A stretch of 64,000 nucleotides of DNA, from positions 337,590,001-337,654,000 of the forward strand of contig OZ024740.1 in assembly GCA_964016885.1 (NCBI GenBank), given 5' to 3'. The notes under the pieces are model-generated. The model ran no database searches. It saw nothing but the letters and a program-made list of their open reading frames with translations, and was not told where the DNA came from. Shown piece by piece: positions 40,141 through 53,756 of the stretch. The first letter of the stretch is position 1; every line of letters starts with the position of its first letter. This DNA is from Eledone cirrhosa. Its lineage: Eukaryota. The translations under genes and the position numbers were made by a program.

Positions 40141-40326
40141 GGTTTCTACTTTTGGCACAAGGCCAGCAATTACCCAGTACATTATTGGTACTTTATTTTA
40201 TCGACTCCATAGGGATGAAAGACAAAGTTGACCTTGGCGGGATTTGAACTCAGAATGGAAAGGGCCGTAACTCTATGCGTCAAAGCATGACGTCCAACCC
40301 CCTACCGATACTACCAATCCACCGCC
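40141..40326 (-). mobile_element. tRNA SINE (second family) with 16-bp TSD
   Basis: catttctatatataat at 40125-40140 and 40327-40342. Confidence 0.88.
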
Positions 40327-40440
40327 CATTTCTATATATAATAAAGATGCCTAAGCTTTACCAATATATTGAGTACCTATTTAAACTGTGGTTACCCCCT
40401 GACATAACTTGGGAATCTACATACTATATATATATATGTA

Positions 40441-40481
<41 letters not shown>

Positions 40482-41101
40482 AACCCCACTTCCACCTTCA
40501 TAAAGAACATATATATATATATAAGATGAGATTTTGGGAGAAAATTCTCATATCTCCTAACTTCTCCCAGAATATGAAAACAGACTTTTTTTTAATATTT
40601 GATAAGATTGACATACCAATTGAAAACAGTAATATTTGATAAAACTTAAAGATTAAAAAATCTTTAAATATACTCCAGTGTTTTTCCACTTTTACTTTTT
40701 ACCTACAATCTTAGATTTGTATGGAACATTACCACTTTTTCAACTATATATATATGTATCATCATCACCATCATCATCGTTTAATGCCCATTTTCCATGC
40801 TAGCATGGGTACAGTATATAATTCATTTTATCATAAGCTGTGAAGCTATACTAGTGATATTGTGCTTAATGCATATTTTAAACTTTACACAACCAAACAT
40901 ATTCATATATTATCATAATAATAAAACATGACTGTTATGTGACAACCACTTTGTGCAACCAGAGAGAGAGATAAAACAAAAGAGTGAAAAAAAAAGCAGA
41001 AAAACTCTTGGCAGAGATTTCTCACTTCCTTTTCACATGCATGTCAACACATCAATGTCCTGTGATAAATAGTCAACATTAGATGTTTATTTTTCTTGTT
41101 A

Positions 41102-41135
<34 letters not shown>

Positions 41136-41140
41136 GTATA

Positions 41141-41296
41141 GTTTTAATATAGATGAGATTCTACAGGACTAGAACTGTTTCATTCTTTAGAAATCATCAG
41201 GAATCTGGGTATCAAAAAATTTTGATACCCAGATTCCTGATGATTTCTAAAGAATGAAACAGTTCTAGTCTTGTAGAATCTCATCTATATTAAAAC
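41141..41296. repeat. Near-perfect palindrome carrying an HHR-like motif on each strand
   Basis: agattc-CTGATGA-tttctaaagaat-GAAA-cagt-TC-tagtct at 41231-41271 (+) and 41167-41206 (-). Confidence 0.75.
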
Positions 41297-41546
41297 TTTT
41301 ATACTCTGCATTGTATTGAGTACCTTACTTACTGTGGTTACCTCCGACTCAACCCGGAATAACATATATATATATATATATATACATACAGACATATATA
41401 TATATATATATTTATTTATTAACATATGTATTTATACAGACATACATATTATCTTCAGACAATAAAAACAAAATTGATGGGTCTCTTTGTCTGTCTAGCT
41501 ACCTCTTACCCAGGGATATTTATCTGAGTTAGGGGCCACTTAATGT

Positions 41547-42010
41547 TTGGTATGGCTTAATCTGATCATTAAGCCAGCCCTAGCTCAGGTAAATATCCCC
41601 TCAGCTCTGGAGCCAGCTGGATTATCCAGAATTGATGGGAAGAGACCAGATGGTCTTAACTTTTGTCCCTGGGTAAGAGCCAGATGTTTCATATGGGATG
41701 CCACAGTTAGCGACTCTTTTGCTCCCTCCTACATCATGGATGCTGTAGTAAATGTTAGGGTCTCTGCTTCCATAGCCAAACAAAATAAAATTCTAAAATA
41801 CCAGAAATTATCAACTAACTATTTTTTCCAGCTTGTGGCATTTGAGACATTTGAAGGAGTGGGGCAGCTGACTGAAGTTTTTCTCATCGTTAGCAGCTTA
41901 CCATACAAAGGCATCAGGTGATGTCTGTAAGAGTGCCTGATTCTTTTAGCACCTTAGTCTTGCCATTACCTACGGTAACACTGCGAGCCTGTTGGCTTGC
42001 CTCAAAAATT
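41547..42010 (+). pseudogene. CRE-like LINE endonuclease fragment
   Basis: EPAGLSRIDGKRPDGL..PW...WDATVSDSFAPSY...KY..L...VAFETF. Confidence 0.7.
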
Positions 42011-42509
42011 TTCGATGACTCTTGTGGTGTGTGACCAATTGACACACTGTTGAACTGATGTTTTTTTGTTTTGTTTTGTTTTTTCTCTCACTTTGGTTAT
42101 ATATTTTTATGTATTATATTTATATGGTTCCTAGCAATAATTAATTGATTTCATCTAAAAAAAAAAAAAAAATCTGAACATAAACGACAATGAATAAATA
42201 CTTCTATTTATCTATGTCTGATCGTTTATCTATAGCTATCAGTACATATTTGCCAATGCATCCATCTTCAGATAAGAACAACAATAACAAAAACAACAAC
42301 AAAGCATGAATCTCGATAGCAGAATGAATATAGACATACATTGGAGAACAAAGTCATCATAATTTAATTGATATAGGTTACAGAAAATATGGAAGTAAAT
42401 TATCATAATTGATTTTAATGAATATATATGTATGTATGTGGCTTATAAACTGTTAAAAATTGTATGTATAAGCCAGGGGGTTGTATATAGATGTGTCTGT
42501 TGTTTCTAC

Positions 42510-42690
42510 ACTGGCAGTATCGGTAGAGGGTCAGACGCCATGCTTTCCAGCATAGTTACGTCCCTTTACGATCTGACTTCAAATCCTGCCGAGGTTGACT
42601 TTGCCTTTCATCTTTACGGGGTCGATAAAATAAAGTACCAGTAATGTACTGGGTAATTTCTGGCCTTGTGCCTAAAGTAGAAACAATTAT
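42510..42690 (+). mobile_element. tRNA SINE (second family)
   Basis: Same consensus as 25736-25946. Confidence 0.8.
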
Positions 42691-42852
42691 TTCTTTGTAA
42701 AGATGGCTGTTCATGTTTGTATAATTTGTAGAGACTTGTATATATATATATATAGTGGTAGAACACTGGAAGGTAATATCCGTAGTGGTAGAGCACTCAG
42801 TCCATGGGTTGAGTTAGGTAGAAGTGGTTACACAACAGTTAGTTCACCATAC

Positions 42853-42890
42853 CGAGAACAATTGTTTCACCTTAGCGGATCCTCAGCTCG
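42853..42890 (-). ncRNA. Minimal hammerhead motif (family of 15993-16030)
   Basis: cgag-CTGAGGA-tccgctaaggt-GAAA-caattg-TT-ctcg. Confidence 0.7.
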
Positions 42891-44259
42891 TAATGGACAT
42901 GGTTATACGGAACAGGAAGGACAACTGTATGAACGCGCATGCGCAGAAACGATCACTTCACACAGGCAATACTAAATTGCGTGCGAGAGGTGTAAGGGAG
43001 ATAACTGCGAAAGTCCGAAAGTTTCTAGTTGATAAGAAAATTAGGATGTTGTTGCAATTCAATCCGGAGCTTTGTAGTTAGCTTCAATTTAGTATTTGTG
43101 CCAACCCCTACCTACGATCATGAATCTTGGGTAATGATCGAAAGAATACAATCACAAATACAAATGACTGAAATGGGGTTCCTACAGGCACAATCAACTG
43201 GCAGGAGACCCAAGGGTAGACCCTAAGCTTGAGGATCCAGCTGAATCTGTTAGAGATGGTTTGTTCTGACAGGACCCACTGGAAACATACATTTCATGAA
43301 TAAGTGGGTGAAAAAGAAGGAGAAGAAGACATATATGTGGCAAACATTACAACTATGCCTATAGATGTAACTGCACTGGCAATTATACTTTTTTTTGTTC
43401 AATATGACTATAAGAAAAAAATTGAAGAAGATTTTTTTTTTTAAATATAAAATACTTACCCTGGATAACGACATAAATTGATATTTTCATGAAAATATAC
43501 AATATAAGCTGAACTAAATGCATTTGTTGCATGCAGTGATAGAGCAAAAGCAAAGAAAGAAAAGTGGTTGGTGCTGCTGTAATACAAAGCTAATTGTTAA
43601 AATAATTGTAAGCAATGATATCCTTCACAGATAGGCATTAATAACAAAACTTATTTCAGGTACAACAAAGACAGTTTTAAACAAAGACAGTTTTAAACAA
43701 AGCAGTGTTGATTACGAATTTTATTTAATCTCGGACATTACAATTGCATTTCTTTACCATTCTGATAACCTGCCCAATACCACCTCTTGTTCTATGATAT
43801 AAAACTGTTTGTTTTTATCCATTTGATACTACATCACCCAAAAAGGTCTCTGGTTTTGTGAAAAAACCTCAACCCATCTTAAAGGGTTCCTAATATTCTA
43901 GCATAATTTGATATAAGATCTCTTGTTAAGTTACGTTACAAATGCTATCTTAATAGTGAAATAATTAAAATTTTATCCAATCCTTTCAAAGTCTTCATTA
44001 ATTAATTTAAATACAATTAAGAATATGATAATGAAAGGGTTAAAGTATATATATTTATCTTCCTTCATAATTTAATTTGTTAAGTTATGTTTCAACAACA
44101 GAGTAATTAATAAGAAAGTTCATTATTTTACTAAATCCTTCCAAATAATTGATTACTTTCAAAAATGATTTCAAACTCACAGGCTGTGTCTTTCAGTAGA
44201 AATGTAGTAACAAAAGGTGAAGATATGTGTAGATATTATGTGAAGATATGGGTAGTCTT

Positions 44260-44600
44260 CATAACACATTATTTTTTACATGCAAAAGTTAGATGGCTAT
44301 CTTGAAGTAATATTCTTGTGAGAATGTTTGCATCACAGAAAGAACTGTTGGCATATTTTATCGATTGTAAATTTTGATTATTTGACAGATTAATAACTAT
44401 GGCATGGCTATCATGAATTGTATTGTTAACAGAAATTTTTGCAAAATTAAATGAATCATGTTTATCTCTGCAAGGAAAAGGAGTGAATATTTTTTAATTC
44501 AAAGATAAAATGATAACTATGACCACATAAATTGCAATATTGGATCTCAGCAGTGGGATAAAATAATTTTAAATATTTTCTAATCCTTAATGACTTTATG
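44260..44600 (+). pseudogene. hAT (Buster/Charlie-like) transposase relic
   Basis: LHAKVRWLS*SNILVRMF...FAKLNESCLSLQGK. Confidence 0.6.
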
Positions 44601-45714
44601 AATCTGGGCTGGATTTAGAAGTTGGAATCCTCCTCCTCCTCATCATCATCATCATTTCTCTGCTAGCAAGGGTTGGATGGGTCTTCACAGACTGACTCTG
44701 TATTCAAGCAGAGCTACTGATCTCTCAGATGGATTGGTGTTCTATAACTTGCTTACATATGTTCCCACACTCTACCAAGTGTATTTTATTATAGCACCAA
44801 CACTAGGGAGGCTATAATGTCTTTGACACAGCTGAAGAGTTCTCCCAACCTTGTTTTGGCAAGTTTGGATGCATCTCTTATCACTAACCACTTTACAGAG
44901 TATATCCTGGGTGCATTTATCATGTAGATCATCAGTACTAAATTGGTTGCCATGTTTTTGATACAACTGAAGAGTTCTTCTGACCCTTTCATTTGGCAGC
45001 TTTTTATGACTTGATGTCCTTACTACCACAGAGATTGCCATACCATTAACACTACTTCTTGTGTATGAGACAGCTACAATTATGTGATGTCCCTCAGGTG
45101 TTGTAATCATATCACGGCAGTGGGATTAGGGCATGTGAAGCCCATATTCTCATTAACACAACCGAAGGGTCTTCTCAATCCTTTTGGCATGGTTTTAAAA
45201 GTATGATACCCTTCCCATCACTAACCTCCTAACTGTGTATACTAGGTACATTTTTCATGGCCTCAGCACTAAGGAAGTTATCAGTCATTGACTCCAATGT
45301 AGAGCTCTCTGTACCCTACAGGAGGAGTGGGAGGACAATATGATGTTGTTGGTGCATGATGAGTGTGGTGGGATTTGACAAGGTCATAGGTGGGATTTGA
45401 CAAGGTCATAAGTGAGATGGCGGGGTGTTCCTGATAGTGTGGGAATATTGTGATGTTAGCATTATGACTGGTGTGTCAAGACTTTAGTAGTTGGATGTAG
45501 TGTGACAGTAAAAATCATTTTTGCAGCTTATTAGAATCTCTAACTGGGTACTTTTCAAATTTGAAGGGCAAAGATAATTATTGGGTCCTAAATCAATCCA
45601 ATATAATGGAAATTATTGTGTAAAGTGCTCAGATGCACTACAACTAATAAAATGTGCATGTGTAGTACATAGAATAATGCACAAATGCCAGGAAAATGAA
45701 CAGTGTAGGAGTCA

Positions 45715-45960
45715 TGATATACATACAGATACATGCATGCATGTGTATTGAGGGGGAATATCAGGTGTAGTGTTTGTGAATTTTGGGAAGCATGAAAGTT
45801 TTGAAGGATGCAGTATTCCGGCAGCTAACAACTGATGTAGGTAGTTTGTTCCATGCTTCAGCATCTCTGAGCATGAAAAAATGTTTCGAAAAGTCATGGG
45901 AGCTGTGCCATTTTCTGATATTAAAGAAGACCCAACAATTTCTGTCAATGGATTATATAA
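45715..45960 (-). mobile_element. CR1/L2-like LINE 3' end relic
   Basis: KHFFMLRDAEAWNKLPTSVVSCRNTASFK. Confidence 0.6.
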
Positions 45961-48059
45961 ATTCAATCAAAATTTAAGGAGTTCCATTAACAATTTTCTG
46001 GTGAAATATATTAGTTGACAATGCTTCAGATTTATCAAAATGGGTTATATGTTTAAACAACATATTTGGATGAATATGGTGTTTCTAAACATGTTAGCAG
46101 AAAAATTAAATATATCGACTGATGGAGACTGCACCAGATATGCAAATTCGAATTATGCAGTGTTAAATTAAATTTTCAGAGGATACCAGACCCCAGGAAG
46201 CAATAACATTCTTCATGTTAATCTGCTTAAAACAATTTTTTTTATGTTTACAAATTTATAAAAATTAAAAACAGTTGTTTTTTATTTTAATGTTTTATTT
46301 GGTGCATTTTTTTATATGAATGAATGCTCTCTCAAAAATGATTTTTGCTTCATGTAATGTCTTATTAAAAAGGATGTTATAATTATCTGTAAAATAATTG
46401 TTTCTTCGTTTGGCACAAGGCCAGCAATTACCCAGTGCATTACTGGTACTTTATTTTATCAACCCCATAAGGATGAAAGGCAAAGTTAACCTCAACGGGA
46501 ATAATGGTATGGGTTTAGAATATTGTATAAGGGTTCACAGAGTCAAAGTTTTCCATGTGGCAACAGCAACAATGACATAACTACATCGGAGTTAATGTCT
46601 CTGAATGAATTCATAAATAATTATCTAAAATATAAGCACTGCATTGGTGCAGCTAAAGGGATGTAAACTTGTAAAGCTTAACTATTGCCCCAAGGCAATG
46701 AGGCTTTAGCTTCCTTGATGAATAAGAACCTGACAATACATACTCTTTAAGTCAACAAACCTAAATGTGTTTTTTAATGAAAATAATATCTGACTCCGTG
46801 TTAATGTTTTAACCTCTAAATTATAGATAGAAACAAATATTGGATGGTTGTCTTCTGATGTTAAGGCATTTGACATTATATGTCATTTTTTTCTTCATTC
46901 TACTAGTATGTAGATGATATTAATTGGTCATTAAAACTAAATACATTTAACTTTCCACATCCCTCTACCTCAACAGAATACCTCTGGCTTTCAGTGGCTC
47001 TTGCTTAATAGAGCCCTTTGACAGAATAGTAATGACAATGAGTCTGGCCATGCAAAGCCCTACCTCAACGGCACGTCAATCTAATATCACTGGCTCTCAG
47101 TGGTTCTTACCTCACAGAGTCCTTGACAGAAGAGCAACAGCTTTTGCCACACAATTTGTTTTACAATTTTCAGATCAGAAGGCTGAGTTTTTGAATCATG
47201 TTGATCTCAGCTATTACAAAAAATAACATTCTACCAGTAGTGGAGATTGCAATCAGTCTGGGTGAGTCCGTTAGTTTAAATATAATAGCAATGAGAAAAC
47301 ATTTATCCTTTCAAAGGTTTTGAAGAAAGTAGTTTGAAAATGGACAGCAACTGAATAATAAAAAAATAACAGCTTTATGTGTTTGCAAAGTTATTGAGTA
47401 ATTCATAAGTTTTAGAAAATATATTACACACTGCTGTTCATGAATTAAAGTACTTCTTTGAGTGTCATAGTGGCTTGTAGCTTGTTAGAATGAATAATGG
47501 TTCAGTAATAGAAAAAGAAATACAAAGTAACCTTTTTTATGGGAAACTTTAAAAAATGAGATATTGGGAATTATTATTCCTTCAGCTTAAATATGCTTAA
47601 AAGTGTCCAGCTGAAAAAGCAGTTCCACATGAAGAATGAGTAGCTCATGAAGCTGTAAGTTGTTTACGGTAGTAATGCTGTTGCACAAGCAAAAAGGATA
47701 TGTTGCTACTGTTGGGTAAACCTTGAGAAACCCACTCTATTATGATGTAATTGTTAAAATATAGTCTATAGAAGAGTATTAAAAACATGATAAACTGTTG
47801 AAAGGATGTGTAGTTGGGAATAGCTGCTGAAGTGCCAAATGTCTTGTGGCTGTAGAACTGTTACATGAGACAAAATTCATTCAAAGCTTGGTAGTGCTTT
47901 CACTATATCTGCTTGGAAAGAACAAGGCAAGAGCCACTGAGGGCAGGGTTCAGTGAGGCAAGAGTTGTTGTTTTGTTGAGATGAGGGTCTCTGAAGTGAA
48001 ATGTATTGGTGGAAGCTGCTAAAGTGGTGGTTTTTGTATGATGAGAATAATTACCATTG

Positions 48060-48975
48060 CCACTCTGGGAGGGCTCTGTAGAGACAGTAGACAGCTTCTG
48101 CTACCTAGGTGACCGAATTAGCAGAGGAGGTGGGTGTTCAGAAAGTACAATAACTAGGGTAAGAACGGGATGGAAGAAGTTCAGGGAACTACTACCACTG
48201 CTAGCTGCAAAAGGCTTCTCCCTCAAAATGAAAGGCAGACTGTATGATGCGTGTATCCGAACAGCAATGTTACATGGTAGTAAGACCTGGGCGCTGAAGG
48301 TGGAAGACTTACGTAGATTAGAGAGAAACGAAGCCTGCATGCTCCGATGGATGTGTAATAGTAATATACACGAACGACAAAGCATAAATGAATTGAGAGA
48401 GAGACTGAGCATAAGAGGAATCAAATGCTGTGTGCAGGAGAGGCGAATGTGTTGGTATGGACATGTGATGCGTATGAAGGATGACAGCTGCATAAAAAGG
48501 TGCAGAGCACTAGAAGTCGATGGAAACCGCGGAGTGGGGAGACCCAAGATGACCTGGGAAGAGGTGATAAAAGCCGACCTTACCCAATTACGCCTCTCAA
48601 AGGCGATGACACACGACCGTGACCTCTGGCGTCACGCAGTAATACAGAGTACCCGACCTCCCATGGGTACAAGCTGAAGCATATAGACAATATGCCCCAA
48701 CACCCCCCACTGCAAGGTGGTCGTGGAGGTGCCACGGCAAAAAAGCACCCAGCCCACACTGTAAAGTGGACGTGTAGGCGCCACGAAAAAGCACCCAGCA
48801 CTCACTGTAAATGAGGTTGGTGTTAGGAAGGGCATCCAGCTGTAGAAATCAAGCCAAATCAGTTCCTGTATGAGCAAGGCATGGTCAGCCGACCAGACAC
48901 TGCCCACAACAGGACAACCCATCTAACCCATGCTAGCGTGGAAGAACGGACGTAAAACAGTGATGATGATGATGA
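48060..48975 (+). mobile_element. RTE family B 3' fragment
   Basis: ORF 48057-48677, 3' UTR, (GAT)n tail. Confidence 0.9.
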
Positions 48976-49998
48976 CTCTATTGAGAGCTATGTGAGGCAA
49001 GAACTGCTAAGAGTAGTGATTTTTCTGTTGAGTATAGCAAGGGCTTTATGAGGTGAGAGCCATTGGTAAAAGCCACTTTGGTAAGAGCTGTCAAGATAGG
49101 GTTCTGAGTGGTGATAGCTATTGCTGTTCTGTTAAGGAGCTTTGAGAAGTAAGAGCCGTTGAGATCCAGTAGTAGGCTGCTAAAGTGAGAGTATCTGCAA
49201 AGCTAAGTATACTCATTTTTTATGACCAATCAACATCGTCTGCATATCAGTAGAATAAAGAAAAAGACAAATGTTGTCAAATCCTGTTATCTGTATCAGA
49301 AGGCAGTCATCTAATAGATGCTTTTATCAATGATTTAGAGGTCAAAACATTGATACAGGCTAAATTAATACCTTTAATGAAAAACAAATTTGGGATGATA
49401 ACAATAACTTGATGATATTCTGTTAATGTGAGCAGATCTGGAAAGCTAAGCATGCTCTTTTTTTTTTATAATAGTGTAATTAATTTATGCATGGTAAAGC
49501 TCATAGTTGGATCATTTCATTCTTGAATAATAATGAATTCTGCCATGTTAGTAATAAGAAATTCACCTGTTTGGTATGAATAATGACTCTTTAGTGGCAA
49601 ATACATTTTCAAAAGGAAGGAACAGTTTAGTGTCAAAGGAATGCTATTTCTACATTTAGCAGTTTAGAAGCAAATGTTTTTCAAAGGAATGCTGTCACTC
49701 CAGTAGCTTTTGGCAAAATAAATTTCTTGTGAATTTTAAAGAATATTGGAAGAACGTCCAGCTGAAAGAAAGAGAATAGATGGAATAAAATTGTTATTAA
49801 ACAAGTCAAAATGTAAAATGCTTTTATTCAATCTATTCTGGTGATCTCCGTTTTAAGTCCACAAGGCCTCTTATGTTGTCAAGCAACAAGGAAGACTATT
49901 GCTATATATAGAATAAATAACAAAGAAAGAAGCACCCAGCTATTAATGCAACAGCAGCGACAATATACAAAATATGTGAATTAATCATTAACACATTG

Positions 49999-50566
49999 GG
50001 AATCAAATGCTGTGTGCAGGAGAGGCGGTTGCGTTGGTATGGACATGTGATGCGTATGAAGGATGACAGCTGCATAAAAAGGTGCAGAGCACTAGAAGTC
50101 AATGGAAACCGCGGAGTGGGGAGACCCAAGAAGACCTGGGATGAGGTGATAAAAGCCGACCTTACCCAATTACACCTCTCAAAGGCGATGACACACGACC
50201 GTGACTTCTGGCGTCACGCTGTAATACAGAGTATCCGACCTCCCATGGTTACAAGCTGAAGCATATAGACAATATGCCCCCACACCCTCCCACTGCAAAG
50301 TGGTCGTGGAGGTGCCATGGCAAAAAAGCACCCAGCCCACACTGTAAAGTGGATGAGTAGGCGCCACGGAAAAAAGCACCTAGCACTCACTGTAAATGAG
50401 GTTGGTGTTAGGAAGGGCATCCAGCTGTAGAAATCAAGCCAAAATCAGTTCCTGTATGAGCAAGGCATGGTCAGCCGACCAGACACTGCCCACAACAGGA
50501 CAACCCATCTAACCCATGCTAGCGTGGAAGAACGGACGTAAAACGGTGATGATGATGATGATGACG
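49999..50566 (+). mobile_element. RTE family B 3' fragment
   Basis: ORF 49996-50259 RRLRWYGHV; (GAT)n tail. Confidence 0.9.
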
Positions 50567-51651
50567 TTAGAATTGATGATAATGATAAATGAAAAATATA
50601 TAACAGCATAAAATATCCATGTTATAAACATGGATATTTTATAGATGATGAATATACCACAAAGATACTGGATAGAGGGCAGAAAGCATCATATATACAT
50701 CAGAGAAAACTGTAAAGATATGAATTTATTATTTTTTATATTCCGCTGGGCATTTATTTTGCTTTTTCGTTTATCACACTATTTTCCTTCCCTACAGGCC
50801 ACATATATGAATCCCTTAACTCTCTCTTCACCACTGTACATCTCTATTATTAACCAACACCAGTAAAGATAGCTATTATGCCACCTACATACTGTTGTTT
50901 TTCCCATTATATACATTTCTGTTATTATCTATCACTAATAAACTACAGCGGTTATGTCCCCTCTATACTCTTTCTCTCATCATACAACTGATCCCCTCTT
51001 TTATTACAACAGTTCTATCATTAGTCTTTGCTAATAAACATAAATCTGTTATACCCCTCCCTACATTCTGTTTCTCTAATCATACACCTGGTCTTCTCTT
51101 CCATTACTATATTTTTATAATTAGCCACCACCAGCAAACATACAGCTGTTAGACACTATCCACACAACTTTTTCTCCAGCCATAAAAACATCCATGTAAA
51201 AAATGGAACCATTTTGCACAAGATGTGGTTCTCTAATTTGTTTAGAAGAGCAGTAACTCTGATTAGGAACCAATTTGAACTGTGACAACTTGTCCCACCA
51301 ATGCAAACATGGAAAGCAACATAAAATATTGATGATGATAATATTAATAGTTTGACTTATTCAAACATTACCAGTGGTTTCAATAATGTAAATATGTCTA
51401 ACACCTTCAGACGCTTCTGGAGGAGTTAGATTTGATTATGTCAATGAAACCACCAGTCAATATAAATATCTTCAACTTCCTCATATGTTAATTGCTCTTT
51501 TAATTGATTTGTATCTGTAACTGTATATGTGAACATACATACACATAGACACATACACCTGGCAAGCTTTTCATTTTCCCCCAACCTTACAATCTCCCCC
51601 CTCTCTGAACTGTGCACTTTCTTGATGAAAGACTAATGTCTGATACATTAA

Positions 51652-51872
51652 CCCTTTAGCATTTACATTACTCTATATATACTATGGTATTTTCATGGTA
51701 AACACTTTATTTCACATAACTATCTCACATAATATCGAATCTACAAGATTTTGATATTATTTATTTTGAGAACAATACCTTAATGTCAGTATGAGCAGCT
51801 GATTATGGCCAGTTTGAACAGAAAGAGGAGAGAGAATTCTGGCTGATTATGGCCAGTTTAAATGCTAACGGG
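51652..51872. mobile_element. piggyBac-like MITE
   Basis: TTAA at 51648-51651 and 51873-51876; TIRs ccctttagcattta / taaatgctaacggg. Confidence 0.8.
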
Positions 51873-52455
51873 TTAAGGCATTCCTTTTCCTTTTCCCTCA
51901 AACAAGAAAAAATAAAACTAATAAGATTTGTGTAATTGTTCCCTGTGTTTGTGTTTTTTAAACATGAACTATCTATGTAATGAAATATTGAGGATGTAAG
52001 AAAAAAGGAAGAAAAGAAGGGTGTTTTTCTGCTGCTGTTGTTTTTTGTTAACAAAATGAGAAAAGGAGTTAAACAGTCAATAATGATGTGATATGTGATA
52101 GAGAGATTGTAACAATATTAACACACTCTGACTGACAATCTGACAAACTCTGACAAATACATCCTCATCACCTCATCTCACTCAAAAATTGGCAGCAAAT
52201 CTGCCAAGCTATTTGTGATTCCAGAAAAACACACACACATATACATCTAATGTGATTTCTCTCTAAGAGAATTAAATTGCTTCAATTGGAAGGAAAAAAA
52301 TTTATTTTTTTCTTACAAGAAATCAAACAACACAAAACTGCATATCTAGCAAATATTGGAATATCCTAAAACATGAAACTGAAAGCATTACAATTATCTT
52401 CGAAAATTGAAAAACACCTTAACGTTTTAGATATTTTAACTTCCAGTTTAATAAT

Positions 52456-52640
52456 TGTTTCTACTTTTGGCACAAGGCCAGCAATTATCCCAGTGTATAA
52501 TTGGTGCTTTATTTTATCGACCCCGTAAGGATGAAAGCCAAATTTAACCTCGGTGGTATTTGAACTCAGATCGCAAAGAGGCGTAACTCTATGCTGCAAA
52601 GCGTGGCGTATGACCCTCTACCAATTCTGCTAATCTACCA
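52456..52640 (-). mobile_element. tRNA SINE (second family)
   Basis: TSD acttcca(g/t)tttaataat on both sides. Confidence 0.8.
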
Positions 52641-53756
52641 CTTCCATTTTAATAATTGTTTCTAATTTAGGCACAAGGCCAGTCATTTTTTGGGGAGAGG
52701 AAACAGTACTTGACATGTATTTTATAGTTTCCACTTTTTATTTATATATAATTTTTTTTAATATATATAGTGGTTTATATGGTATGTATGGACCCATAAC
52801 TCCTGATGGAGTTGTAGGGGTGCCATATTGACATACAGCATTTCTAGGGCATATTTTAAAACCTGGTGCAGCTCATCACCTCTCCAAGTCTGCATACAGT
52901 AGATTTTTTCCAGAGAAGGATAGAGAAAGTGAGAGAAAGGAAGTGAGAAAGAGATATAGTGGAAGAATCGACCCCAGTACCTGATTAGAACTTTTTTTAT
53001 CAACCATGAATGGATGAAAGGCCAAGTTGACCTCTTCAGGATTTGAACTCAGAGAGCAGAGAGCTGAAATGAATACTACAAAGCATTCTACCTGATGTTC
53101 CAATGACTCTGCCAGTTCGCTGCCTACTGAGTTTATATACTAATACATAAATTAAGTAGGCACTTAATAGGCAAAATTACTCATTTCGCAAAGATGGTAT
53201 ATGTTTTCACTTCTATATAACTGCAGTATCGTCAAAGTGGAACATAATTCTACATTATTTCATCAACCCCCAGAAAGATAAAAGACGAAGTTGACCATGG
53301 TGGTATTTGAACTCAAGAATTTAATGAGTTAGAACAAATACCACAAATTTGATAATATATTCTGTCTATCTTTCTTCAAATTTTTATGTACATATATGAA
53401 TATACATATATACATAAATTACACCATCTAAAACTTTGAGGTTTACTGACAAAGTTTTTCTCACTCTTGCAATTACTAAATAATTATTTGTGTGGAGCTT
53501 GAAACGAAATCATAGGAGCATTAAAGGATGTATCACTCTGTGGAAGGTCTACATGCAACTTGCAAACCTTCCACAGTTAGAGAAACAAGGGACTATCTAC
53601 ACATGCAATCCAACTCATTTGTAGGCAAAAATGTATGTATGTGTATGTCCAACAGTATATGATTCATGTACATATATTTCAGCATATTCTTTTCTGTAGT
53701 TGTACAATATATCATTCATCATCATTTTACGTCCGCTTTTCCCTGCTTGTATATAA

